64,000 nt of DNA, taken from IMG/VR virus record IMGVR_UViG_3300007177_000042, one strand, 5' to 3'. This DNA comes from a virus. Taxonomy: Duplodnaviria > Caudoviricetes. The translations under genes were made by a program, and so were the position numbers. Each line of letters begins with the position of its first letter. Positions within the stretch are counted from its first letter, which is position 1. Below the pieces are notes generated by a model. That model did no database searches. It saw nothing but the letters and a program-made list of their open reading frames with translations, and was not told where the DNA came from. This document shows, piece by piece, positions 49,198 through 58,090 of this stretch.

Positions 49198-50831
49198 TAA
49201 TGATAAATCTGGATATCAAGTGGGGCGAACCGTTTGAACAAAAAGACGGTGACAAAATACTGTGGAGACGTGAGTGGTTGATCCCAACCCAGTATCGTTC
49301 TGCATTTTTTATTTACTGGAAGAGCAACAGTTTCAAGCTCAAAGACAAAGGATATGGTGTCCAAAAAAAGGACAACGATTGGTTTTTGACTGAAACACAG
49401 TTGTCAAAACAGGCATTTAAAGAACAAAAACCACAAACCACAAAAGAACCAGAAGAAGTTGTATTAAAGCCGTATACTGTCAAAAATGAAAATGGTCTGA
49501 GACCATGGCAGGTTACCAGCGTATCAAAATTGTGTTCAGTTATAAATAAGTGGGGGTGTGCAATTGATGGTAGTGATGTAGGCATAGGTAAAACATACGT
49601 CGCATGCGGTGTTGCCCGTGAGTTAGATATGGACATATTGATTGTGTGTCCAAAAGCGGTTATGGAAAGTTGGAGGCGGGTTATAGTGAACCATTTCAAG
49701 ATGAAAGGCAAACTGATTGGTATCATAAACTATGAACGTCTTCGTATGGGTAAGTCCGATTCATTGATTGCGTCGTATGTTAAAAATAAAAAGACTCATG
49801 TTGAAGAGTTTAAATGGAAGATTCCAAAGTCTACGTTGATTGTTTGGGATGAAAGTCAAAAGTTAAAAGGCGCCAGTACACAAAACAGTAAAGTTTGTCT
49901 TGAAGCACTAAAAGCTGGATACAAAATGTTGTTTTGCAGCGCTACAAATGCTACCAATCCACTGGAATTGAGAACTGTGGGTATGGCTCTTAAACTGTTT
50001 GAGAACAACAGACAATATTATAGCTGGCTCTACAAACACGGTGTCAACAAAGGACGATTTGGTCTTCAATTCAATGGCAACCCTGATGTATTGAAGAAAC
50101 TCAACAAAGATATTTTTGTTGACCGTGGGTCTCGTCTTACAAGAGACACGATTCCAAATTTCCCAGAGTCACAAATTATTGCGGATTGTTATGACATGGA
50201 AGAAGATGCTCAAAACAAAATCAACGAGATTTATGACGAAATGGAAGTTGAATTGGCAAAGTTGAGTAAAAAAGTAAAGAAAGAGCAAAAAGACGGAATA
50301 AATGAGTTGACCGCTATATTGCGAGCAAGACAAAAAGTTGAATTGGTTAAAGTTCCTTTGTTTGTTGAGATGATCGAAGAGTCTCTTGAAAACGGAATGA
50401 GTGTTGTAGTATTTTTGAATTTTACAGAAACCATTTCAGCGTTGTCTAATCGACTAAATACAAAATGTATTGTCAATGGACAAGTATCTGATGTTGATCG
50501 TCAGAAAAATATAGATGATTTTCAATCCGACAAAGAACGAGTAATTCTTGTCAACATTGCGGCCGGCGGCGCCGGATTGTCGTTACATGATATCAACGGC
50601 AAATATCCACGTATAGCTATCATCTCACCATCGTACTCTGCTGTGTTAATGAGACAGGCAACAGGTAGAGTTTGGCGTGATAGCGCAAAAAGCAAAAGCA
50701 TTCAAAAAATTGTGTTTGTTGCAAAAACTGTGGAAGAAAAGGTCTGTGACAGTGTAAATCAAAAACTGAAAAACATGGATCTGTTAAACGATGGTGATCT
50801 AAAATATGAAAAACCACAAAATAACAGTTAA
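49194..50831 (+). CDS. SF2 (SNF2-like) helicase/ATPase
   Basis: DVGIGKT, VCPK, WDESQ, SAT, AGGAGLSL, QATGRVWR. Confidence 0.9.
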   Translation: MIMINLDIKWGEPFEQKDGDKILWRREWLIPTQYRSAFFIYWKSNSFKLKDKGYGVQKKDNDWFLTETQLSKQAFKEQKPQTTKEPEEVVLKPYTVKNENGLRPWQVTSVSKLCSVINKWGCAIDGSDVGIGKTYVACGVARELDMDILIVCPKAVMESWRRVIVNHFKMKGKLIGIINYERLRMGKSDSLIASYVKNKKTHVEEFKWKIPKSTLIVWDESQKLKGASTQNSKVCLEALKAGYKMLFCSATNATNPLELRTVGMALKLFENNRQYYSWLYKHGVNKGRFGLQFNGNPDVLKKLNKDIFVDRGSRLTRDTIPNFPESQIIADCYDMEEDAQNKINEIYDEMEVELAKLSKKVKKEQKDGINELTAILRARQKVELVKVPLFVEMIEESLENGMSVVVFLNFTETISALSNRLNTKCIVNGQVSDVDRQKNIDDFQSDKERVILVNIAAGGAGLSLHDINGKYPRIAIISPSYSAVLMRQATGRVWRDSAKSKSIQKIVFVAKTVEEKVCDSVNQKLKNMDLLNDGDLKYEKPQNNS

Positions 50832-51117
50832 TTCTGCCAAGGAAATATACAATATGGAAATCGAAAATTTTTTCGATGATCCATTTATGGAAGCGTGTAC
50901 TAGGGTAGTAGAACTCAAAAAGAAAACAGAACAAAACTTATTTTTGCCACCTTTCATGATAGCAAAATATGACAGAAAAAACGCAAAGGAAAAGGTATAC
51001 AATACATATATAGTCCTCACCAACAGTGGTTTACATAAACAGGCAGAAAATTTGAGGACCAAATTCAGACAAGATAGCGGAGTAGATCTAAAAGAAGAAC
51101 CAACTTGTTCAAAATAA
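50806..51117 (+). CDS. Hypothetical protein
   Basis: Operon packing. Confidence 0.6.
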   Translation: MKNHKITVNSAKEIYNMEIENFFDDPFMEACTRVVELKKKTEQNLFLPPFMIAKYDRKNAKEKVYNTYIVLTNSGLHKQAENLRTKFRQDSGVDLKEEPTCSK

Positions 51118-51118
51118 T

Positions 51119-51844
51119 ATGGATATTCCAGAACAATTACCAAAGAGCATTCTTGATGAAATAGAGAAGCTAAAAAATGAAGTACGAGAAATAAAACAGT
51201 TACAAGGATTGGGAGAGTCTGTCGTTGAAGAAATTCAACGAGAAAAAGAACGTGAAATTGCAGAAAGACTGGGTGTACCATATCTTCGTGACAAACAAGA
51301 CTCATTGAAAGTAAAGTTAAAACGAGGCAAAGGAACTCGACCTTTACTACAATCTGAAATTGAAGCTGCCCAGTCTGTGTCGAAAAGTGCTAGAGAGGCA
51401 GCAAGAAAATTGGGAGTAAACTATCTTACATACAGAAAATATGCAAGACTGTATGGTATTCACACATTGTTGAATCAATTTAACAGAGGCATAAAGAAAA
51501 ACGTAGATCCTGATAGTGGGAAATATCCAATTAGTGAAGTTCTTGACGGAAAACACCCAGACTATCCTGTTTTTAGATTAAAAGACAAACTTATTCGTTC
51601 CAAAATTAAAGAAGCATGTTGTGAAATGTGTGGATATAAAGAACGCCGTATTACAGACGGAAAAATTCCTTTGTTGATTAACTTTGAAGATGGTAATTCA
51701 AAAAATCATAAGTTGGAAAATATCAAATTGTTGTGTTATAACTGCACATTTGTAGCTGGAAAAGGATTTATAAAGAGAGGAACCAAACAATTTGATCCAG
51801 ATATAATTCAAGGATCAAAACAATTGTTTTCAACGAGATTTTAA
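51119..51844 (+). CDS. HTH plus degenerate HNH/zinc-finger DNA-binding protein
   Basis: SAREAARKLGVNYLTYRKYA; CEMC...LLINFEDGNSKNHKLENIKLLCYNC. Confidence 0.7.
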   Translation: MDIPEQLPKSILDEIEKLKNEVREIKQLQGLGESVVEEIQREKEREIAERLGVPYLRDKQDSLKVKLKRGKGTRPLLQSEIEAAQSVSKSAREAARKLGVNYLTYRKYARLYGIHTLLNQFNRGIKKNVDPDSGKYPISEVLDGKHPDYPVFRLKDKLIRSKIKEACCEMCGYKERRITDGKIPLLINFEDGNSKNHKLENIKLLCYNCTFVAGKGFIKRGTKQFDPDIIQGSKQLFSTRF

Positions 51845-51846
51845 TC

Positions 51847-51857
51847 ATATTTATACC
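51847..51857 (+). promoter_or_regulatory. Putative late-promoter motif ATATTTATACC
   Basis: Ends 2 nt before the ATG at 51860. Confidence 0.55.
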
Positions 51858-51859
51858 CG

Positions 51860-52360
51860 ATGAATCCATCAAGTACACATATTCTTTCGGAACATGGCAT
51901 CATGTCTAGTTTTTCAATAGCAAAGAAAATTAGTCAGGATCAAGTAAAAAAGTTAGCACAACAACTAAATTTGTCAGAAGATTCTAAAGAGTTTCAAGAA
52001 CATTTGAAAAAACAAATACTTCGTGACACTCAGCTTGCATTGCATAACAACAAAATTCCGGGGATTATATACAATCAAACAGTTAAAAACACAGAAAGTA
52101 AACAACCTGTTTCATCGCAACAAAACGGATCAGTCAAAAAGTTTTCGTTGGATGAAAAGAAAAAAGCAAAACTTGCGTTGTTTGCCACTCTAATTGTTCA
52201 AAAAATATTGGAACAAAAATCAACAACAGAAGAAAAGTGTTTTTTGATTGTACAGATTGTAAACGGACTTGGACTAAAAGATTCTGATTTCAAGAAGTAT
52301 CATATGAGACATGAAGATGTAGATGATACAGACGATGAAGACGACGAAGACGAATTTTAA
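51860..52360 (+). CDS. Hypothetical protein with acidic C-terminus
   Basis: Ends EDVDDTDDEDDEDEF. Confidence 0.65.
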   Translation: MNPSSTHILSEHGIMSSFSIAKKISQDQVKKLAQQLNLSEDSKEFQEHLKKQILRDTQLALHNNKIPGIIYNQTVKNTESKQPVSSQQNGSVKKFSLDEKKKAKLALFATLIVQKILEQKSTTEEKCFLIVQIVNGLGLKDSDFKKYHMRHEDVDDTDDEDDEDEF

Positions 52361-52716
52361 TAGAAGTACACTTTTATTTTGTCACCCGTTTCAACTACAC
52401 TAAGTCCTGTGTAGATCCAATTTTCGCTTTTAGAACGCAGAATAAGACGTGTATACTCATAAGAGTCTTTGACTTCAAATACACGTCCGTCTACTCTTGG
52501 AGAATTATTGGATGAGTAATGAATTGAAAACAAATTTTTGAACGGTTCACTCGACTCATAAAAATTCCAAATTCTGTTTTTACATTTTTCAACATGTTCA
52601 CGGGAAGCATTTTGCTTTAAAGATGTCACAAACGAATACAACCCCGGAAACGTTTTTATTACATCCGTATAAAACGAATCGCTTGTCAAAAGTAAATAGA
52701 ATAATTCTTCTTTCAT
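52357..52716 (-). CDS. Hypothetical protein
   Basis: Convergent with 51860 ORF; probable start MKEELF. Confidence 0.55.
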   Translation of the reverse strand: MKEELFYLLLTSDSFYTDVIKTFPGLYSFVTSLKQNASREHVEKCKNRIWNFYESSEPFKNLFSIHYSSNNSPRVDGRVFEVKDSYEYTRLILRSKSENWIYTGLSVVETGDKIKVYFY

Positions 52717-52721
52717 AACCG

Positions 52722-52731
52722 TATATATGTA
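52722..52731 (+). promoter_or_regulatory. TATATATGTA box upstream of gmd
   Basis: TATATATGTATTG is a 13-nt match to the site upstream of 20788. Confidence 0.4.
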
Positions 52732-52763
52732 TTGGAAACGGTACACACAAACGTTATTTTAAT

Positions 52764-53972
52764 ATGGAATCACTGAACATTAAAGAAACCCTACATGGTA
52801 AAAAAATTGACACCGCCAACATCCTAAATATCTCGGAAGCAAGAGCTTTGAGAGACGAATTTGTAAAGAATTCTGTGTCTGACACTGACTTTGAAAATAA
52901 AGTCGTTGTGATAACAGGTGTAACCGGACAAGATGGTAGTTATATGGTAGACTATCTTTTGAAAAATACCAAAGCATTGATTTTCGGTGGTGTACGCAGA
53001 CTGAGTGTGTACAATCATAAAAATCTCTCACATATCAAAAACAAGCGGTTTAATTTGGTCAATTTTGATCTTACTGATGCCCACTCTATTGGGGCTCTAG
53101 TAGAACAGGTAAAACCCGACTACTTTATTAATTTTGCTGCACAAAGTTTTGTAGCAAGTAGCTGGGACTTTGCTCGCCAAACATGGCAAACCAATAGTAC
53201 AGCTGTATTAGATATTTTGGAAGCTATTCGACAGTACAAACCCAATTGTAGGTTTTATAACGCTGGATCATCCGAGGAGTTTGGTAATGTTGCCTACAGT
53301 CCGCAAGACGAAAAGCATCCACTACGTCCTCGTAGTCCATATGGAGCAAGCAAAGCCGCTGCCCGTCAAGTGGTGAAGGTTTATAGAGAGAGTTATAACC
53401 TATACGCAATTCAGAGTTGGTTATTTAACCATGAGGGGCCTAGACGAGGTGAAGAGTTCGTTACACGAAAAATTACAAAAGGTGTAGCTCGTATAGCATA
53501 TTGTATTAAAAATAACATTCCTTTTCATCCAATTGAGTTGGGAAACGTATATGCACAAAGAGATTGGAGCGACAGCGAAGACTTTGTTGAATGTGTATGG
53601 ATGATGTTAAACCAAGATGTTTATCGAAAAGACAAATCAGAAATCAAGGAATATGTGTTGAGTAGCAATGAAACTCATACAATTAAAGAGTTTGTGGAAA
53701 AAGCATTTACAATAGCTGGAATAAATGGTGTATGGCATGGTGAAGGATTGAATGAGGAATTTTCTGTATCTACGGAAGATGCTATACGACTTGACATTCC
53801 CTCATCTGTGTTGGTAAAAATCAATAGTAATTTTTATCGCCCAGCCGAAGTAGAATTGCTTTTGGGTGATAGTACATTGTTTAGAAATGATTTTCAATGG
53901 AAACCAAAAACCAGTTTCAATAATTTGGTGACCAAAATGGTTATGTCAGATTTAAAAGAACTTGGCTTATGA
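52764..53972 (+). CDS. gmd: GDP-mannose 4,6-dehydratase with N-terminal extension
   Basis: ITGVTGQDGSY, NFAAQSFV..SW, RFYNAGSSE, PRSPYGASK, FNHEGPRRGEEFVTRKIT, RDW, FYRPAEVELLLGD. Confidence 0.95.
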   Translation: MESLNIKETLHGKKIDTANILNISEARALRDEFVKNSVSDTDFENKVVVITGVTGQDGSYMVDYLLKNTKALIFGGVRRLSVYNHKNLSHIKNKRFNLVNFDLTDAHSIGALVEQVKPDYFINFAAQSFVASSWDFARQTWQTNSTAVLDILEAIRQYKPNCRFYNAGSSEEFGNVAYSPQDEKHPLRPRSPYGASKAAARQVVKVYRESYNLYAIQSWLFNHEGPRRGEEFVTRKITKGVARIAYCIKNNIPFHPIELGNVYAQRDWSDSEDFVECVWMMLNQDVYRKDKSEIKEYVLSSNETHTIKEFVEKAFTIAGINGVWHGEGLNEEFSVSTEDAIRLDIPSSVLVKINSNFYRPAEVELLLGDSTLFRNDFQWKPKTSFNNLVTKMVMSDLKELGL

Positions 53973-54367
53973 GCGAATATACACTATACAATCAGACAGT
54001 GATGGATCATTTCATGAATCCACGTAATCTAGGCGATCTTAAAGACGCAGACGCTGTAGGTGAAGTGGGAGCCGCTGCTTGTGGTGATATCATGAAAATT
54101 AGTCTAAAAATTGATGAAGCCACAAATAAAGTAATTGATGCAAGATTCAAGACATTTGGGTGTGGTAGTGCAATAGCAGCGTCCAGCATGGCAACAGAAT
54201 TGATTAAAGGACGATCCATTGAAGAATTAGAAAAAAATTTCACTAATGATCAAATTGTAGATGCATTGGGCGGTCTTCCGCCAGTGAAAATTCATTGTAG
54301 TGTTTTAGCTCATGAAGCATTGCAAGCAGCGTTAGATGACTATAAAAAACGAAAAGGAATAAATTAA
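53969..54367 (+). CDS. iscU: Fe-S cluster assembly scaffold (IscU/NifU-N)
   Basis: DHFMNPRN, ACGD, FKTFGCGSAIASS-like, LPPVKIHCS; three Cys and His intact. Confidence 0.95.
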   Translation: MSEYTLYNQTVMDHFMNPRNLGDLKDADAVGEVGAAACGDIMKISLKIDEATNKVIDARFKTFGCGSAIAASSMATELIKGRSIEELEKNFTNDQIVDALGGLPPVKIHCSVLAHEALQAALDDYKKRKGIN

Positions 54368-54370
54368 GAT

Positions 54371-55027
54371 ATGAAAAGTAATTACACAAAAATTGTGTTT
54401 GTTATTGATAGAAGCGGAAGCATGATAAAGATCAAGACCGACATGGAGGGTGGGTTTAGAACATTTATTGCAGAACAAAAGAAGGCAAATCTTGGTAAAT
54501 GTGATGTAAGTGTATATCAGTTTGATGACGTTTATGAATCTGTATTTGAAAACAAGGACATTAATGAAGTCCCAGAATACAATTTGTATCCACGCAACAT
54601 GACAGCGTTGTATGATGCCATTGGAAAAACCATCAATCGTGTTGGTCAACATTTGTCCGATTTGAATGAGAATGATCGACCAGACAAGGTTATGATGGTG
54701 ATTATTACAGACGGCCTCGAAAATTCTAGCACAGAATTCAATGATAAAAAGGTCCGAGAATTGGTCAAACATCAATCTGAAAAATATAATTGGCAATTTA
54801 GTTATCTTGGTAGTAACCAAGATGCCTGGGCGGTGGGTTCTACGTTGGGTATCAATAAAGCATCAACGTTGACATATGCAAATAATAGCAAGGGTGTTGA
54901 AAGTTCGTGGGAGTCTCTTACACGAGCAACTGTGACTTTCAGATCATGTGCTGATACAAAAAGTGCTGTGTTGGCATATACCGATGTTGACTTGAAAGCA
55001 CAACAGGAAGCATTTAAGCAACCATAA
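54371..55027 (+). CDS. von Willebrand factor A domain protein
   Basis: MIDAS DRSGS, TALYDAIG, IITDGLEN.S.E. Confidence 0.9.
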   Translation: MKSNYTKIVFVIDRSGSMIKIKTDMEGGFRTFIAEQKKANLGKCDVSVYQFDDVYESVFENKDINEVPEYNLYPRNMTALYDAIGKTINRVGQHLSDLNENDRPDKVMMVIITDGLENSSTEFNDKKVRELVKHQSEKYNWQFSYLGSNQDAWAVGSTLGINKASTLTYANNSKGVESSWESLTRATVTFRSCADTKSAVLAYTDVDLKAQQEAFKQP

Positions 55028-55045
55028 CACCTATCTGATATACTG

Positions 55046-55981
55046 ATGAAAAAGAAAGCCTACGTATTGTTTGCTGTAGGACAGTCGTATATCAATAAGA
55101 TTGAATCGTTGGTAGAACACCTGTTGAAGTATTCTACCAACGACATTCTTTTGTATTATTCAGAAGGCGCTGTAGATTATAAACACGAACGACTACACTC
55201 TATCTATATTGCTATACCTTATTTGATTGATTTCAACATTCCCGGTCATAAACCTACATCAGTACGAAACTTGTATTTGATGACATACAAGCCTGACATC
55301 TGTAAACACGCAATATTAAACACCCGATATGATGAGTTTTTGTATTTAGATTCGGATGTGTTACCAACACCAAACATTGATTTGGTGTTGAACGAATGGT
55401 CACAACAATGTACCAACTATCCACTGTATAGCAGATATCCTACTGATAACTGCTATATTGATGATCGTCCGTTAGTTCTTGATAAAGTTCTACATATGCT
55501 CGGAATTGACCGCAGCAGAAAGTCAACATTTGAATTGTGTGCTGGATTTTTCTTTTTCAACAAACAGTGTCTATCGTTTATTGAACATTGGATCACTTTT
55601 GTTCATAGTAAAGAATACACAGACTCGTTTGTATTACCAAATTCAACTGGAAACATTGACCTTTGTCATTATTCAGACGAGGGAGCAGCCAATGCGTTAC
55701 TTTGGTATTATGGATACAATCGGTTTATTGGACCGATGGTATGGACTGGACAGGGGGAGTGTGTCAAGTATGTATTGACAACGAATTATGAACCAGAATC
55801 GGTTGTAGTACATCCCGAAGACAATGTTGCGTATATTAGAATACCAAATGCTTATGCCGATCCGTATACACGAAATATTTCATATTTTCCTGTGGATAGG
55901 TCTAGGTTATTTGCATTCCACGGAATAAAAAACCAAGAGGATTATATCAAAGGATTGAGATATGTTGACAAGTTTTACTGA
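55046..55981 (+). CDS. GT-A fold glycosyltransferase-like protein
   Basis: YKP, FLYLDSDVLP, CAGFFFF, DEGAAN, FHG. Confidence 0.6.
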   Translation: MKKKAYVLFAVGQSYINKIESLVEHLLKYSTNDILLYYSEGAVDYKHERLHSIYIAIPYLIDFNIPGHKPTSVRNLYLMTYKPDICKHAILNTRYDEFLYLDSDVLPTPNIDLVLNEWSQQCTNYPLYSRYPTDNCYIDDRPLVLDKVLHMLGIDRSRKSTFELCAGFFFFNKQCLSFIEHWITFVHSKEYTDSFVLPNSTGNIDLCHYSDEGAANALLWYYGYNRFIGPMVWTGQGECVKYVLTTNYEPESVVVHPEDNVAYIRIPNAYADPYTRNISYFPVDRSRLFAFHGIKNQEDYIKGLRYVDKFY

Positions 55982-56145
55982 GGATTATTAATCATTACAT
56001 CCATCAGCTTTTTGTAGAATTTTTCAATGCCCTTTTTTGTTACTCTCTGTTTTCGTGTTGCAGATTTATAACGCTCGATCAATTCATTATTCAATTCGAT
56101 TTCGTCGTCATCTATTCTTATCGTAATTGTTTGTGATTTGACCAT
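55975..56145 (-). CDS. Small hypothetical protein
   Basis: MVKSQTITIRIDDDEIELN...; overlaps the convergent gene at the stop codon. Confidence 0.5.
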   Translation of the reverse strand: MVKSQTITIRIDDDEIELNNELIERYKSATRKQRVTKKGIEKFYKKLMDVMINNPQ

Positions 56146-56197
56146 AAAAAAACTCTGAACGATAAATATTCGTTCAGAGTTTGTTTTGTAGTTTTTT

Positions 56198-56863
56198 TTA
56201 GGCTTCAACCAAAAAATGTTTCCAGTCTTGGTGCTTTGCTTCACGAATCAAAGCGTACATAGGAACTGGTTGAGGAACGGAAGGCTCTTTGAGAAGAGTC
56301 AATCCGATTTCACTATTCAACTTGTTTCCTTTCTTGCTGTTGATGTCCTTGGAGCACAACACGAAGTTTTCCCAACTGTCTGCACCACCTCGACTACGAG
56401 GAATAACGTGGTCAACAGTAGCGTTGTGTCTATCCAACTTTTTACCGCTGTACTGACACACACCATTGTCACGATTATAGATCGCGTCTTTGCTTGGCTT
56501 ACCTTTGAAATGCTTTACTGGCATTTTCTTGAAGTTGGTAGCGATTATTACCGTAGGAACACGGTAGATACGATTGACACTGGAGACCGTCAAATCCCAA
56601 CTACGAATTGGAAGCGTCATCCACTCATCCCAACTAACAGGGTTCATGCTCTTAGGAGAATCCATGATAGGATCACCATGATCATCCACCTCATAGTCGA
56701 TATCCAATGCAAGTGAGTTTGGCTTACCATTGTGATCACAACCACACAGATCAACAATAGCGTCCTTAACAGTCTTGAACCCAACTGGCTGCCAGTTGGC
56801 ATTAAGATTCAAACAAATTGCTTTATTTATGATACTTCCATTCATAACGTCATCATACCTCAT
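56198..56863 (-). CDS. HNH endonuclease
   Basis: LNLNANWQP, IYNRDNGVCQYSG, TVDHVIPRSRGG..SWENFV.C...NSKKG. Confidence 0.9.
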   Translation of the reverse strand: MRYDDVMNGSIINKAICLNLNANWQPVGFKTVKDAIVDLCGCDHNGKPNSLALDIDYEVDDHGDPIMDSPKSMNPVSWDEWMTLPIRSWDLTVSSVNRIYRVPTVIIATNFKKMPVKHFKGKPSKDAIYNRDNGVCQYSGKKLDRHNATVDHVIPRSRGGADSWENFVLCSKDINSKKGNKLNSEIGLTLLKEPSVPQPVPMYALIREAKHQDWKHFLVEA

Positions 56864-57189
56864 TTTCTATAAAAGTCAAGAGAAAAAGTTTCTTCTTGAT
56901 CTAGGGTTTCGTCCAATCGATTTTTGGCAATTGTCAAATCGACTTTGAACCATTCGTTTTTGATTTCCAAAGCAAAATGGTTCATCATCTGACGAATTTT
57001 TTGTTCAGCCGTGTAACAATCAGGGTGTTTGATGTAATATTCGATTTTGTAATCTCTATATGGCGCTGCGGTTTGATATGTACGCAAACGGCTTTTTATA
57101 TCGCTTGTAACACCAATTTTGTAGAAGTTTGGAAACGCTTTGTTACTTACGATATATACAAATCCTTCTTTGGAACGCTGTTTACCCAT
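56860..57189 (-). CDS. GIY-YIG/T5orf172-domain protein
   Basis: GFVYIV, YKIGVT..IKSRLRTYQT..P, EWF. Confidence 0.85.
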   Translation of the reverse strand: MGKQRSKEGFVYIVSNKAFPNFYKIGVTSDIKSRLRTYQTAAPYRDYKIEYYIKHPDCYTAEQKIRQMMNHFALEIKNEWFKVDLTIAKNRLDETLDQEETFSLDFYRK

Positions 57190-57229
57190 GTCAATAAGTA
57201 TACAGCGGAACTCAAGAATTTTGTTTTTG

Positions 57230-57853
57230 TTACACGATTTCGTCTACAAGTCCATATTTCAAACATTCGTTAGCGTCCAAATACAGATCTTGTTTTAGTA
57301 TATCTTCCAGTTCATCTTCTGTGAATTTGGTGTGTTTAAGATAAATTGATTTGATGTACGACATAATCAATTCTAGGTTTTTAACTTCTTCCTTTATTTC
57401 TTCGAAAGGTCCCCACAATCCACCTCGTACTTCATGAATCAACATGAAACTGTTTTTTCGAATATATCGTTTATGCGCACATACACTCAACAAAGTTGCA
57501 GCACTTGCTGCCATACCTTCTACATAAGTATGAATTTCAACCGGACTTGCAATAATACGATCTACAGCACTAAATGCACTAAATACTTCTCCACCGTCGC
57601 TTCCAACATACAATTCGATTGGTGGTGTTGATTTTAGATTGTAACTAATCTTTAGTACCTGAACTGATTTAGCAGCAATATCTAACTGTCTATTCAAATT
57701 GTAAATGCTACTTTTGGTTACATCATCGTAGAAAAAAATTTGGTTTAATCCAATTTGTGATGATATTTCTTTGGATGGTTTAACTGAGTCTGAATCGGTA
57801 TCGTCATCCAACGTTGCCCGGGGATTTTTGTAAAGCATGGTTTTGTTTGTCAT
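57230..57853 (-). CDS. ClpP-like serine protease (S14)
   Basis: SDGGEV, GMAASAA (Ser), MLIHE (His), DLYLDANECLKYGLVDEI (Asp); exact start uncertain. Confidence 0.88.
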   Translation of the reverse strand: MTNKTMLYKNPRATLDDDTDSDSVKPSKEISSQIGLNQIFFYDDVTKSSIYNLNRQLDIAAKSVQVLKISYNLKSTPPIELYVGSDGGEVFSAFSAVDRIIASPVEIHTYVEGMAASAATLLSVCAHKRYIRKNSFMLIHEVRGGLWGPFEEIKEEVKNLELIMSYIKSIYLKHTKFTEDELEDILKQDLYLDANECLKYGLVDEIV

Positions 57854-58025
57854 AAACGTTATTGGATCCATCGTCCAATAAATATACTTTGTCACAATGA
57901 AATCCCAATAAAACCTCTTCGATGTTCAAAAAGCGATAATCATCGTTGCATAAACAAAGCATACCATATGACATTTTTGTAGATTTTTTTAGAGCCGCAT
58001 TACAATAGATACAATGTACGTTCAT
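57804..58025 (-). CDS. Small Cys-containing hypothetical protein
   Basis: Fills the gap between the 58091 ORF and ClpP but overlaps the ClpP start. Confidence 0.35.
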   Translation of the reverse strand: MNVHCIYCNAALKKSTKMSYGMLCLCNDDYRFLNIEEVLLGFHCDKVYLLDDGSNNVYDKQNHALQKSPGNVG

Positions 58026-58090
58026 AGTATCATGTAAAATATCAAAAATGGAGAACAAACTCAACGTTAATCGTCGTTGTCACCAACTTG

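Noticed and set aside
50799-51305. 168-aa minus-strand ORF
   Set aside because: Low-complexity shadow of two coupled plus-strand genes
56216-56716. 166-aa plus-strand ORF
   Set aside because: Antisense to the HNH gene, explained by its codon bias
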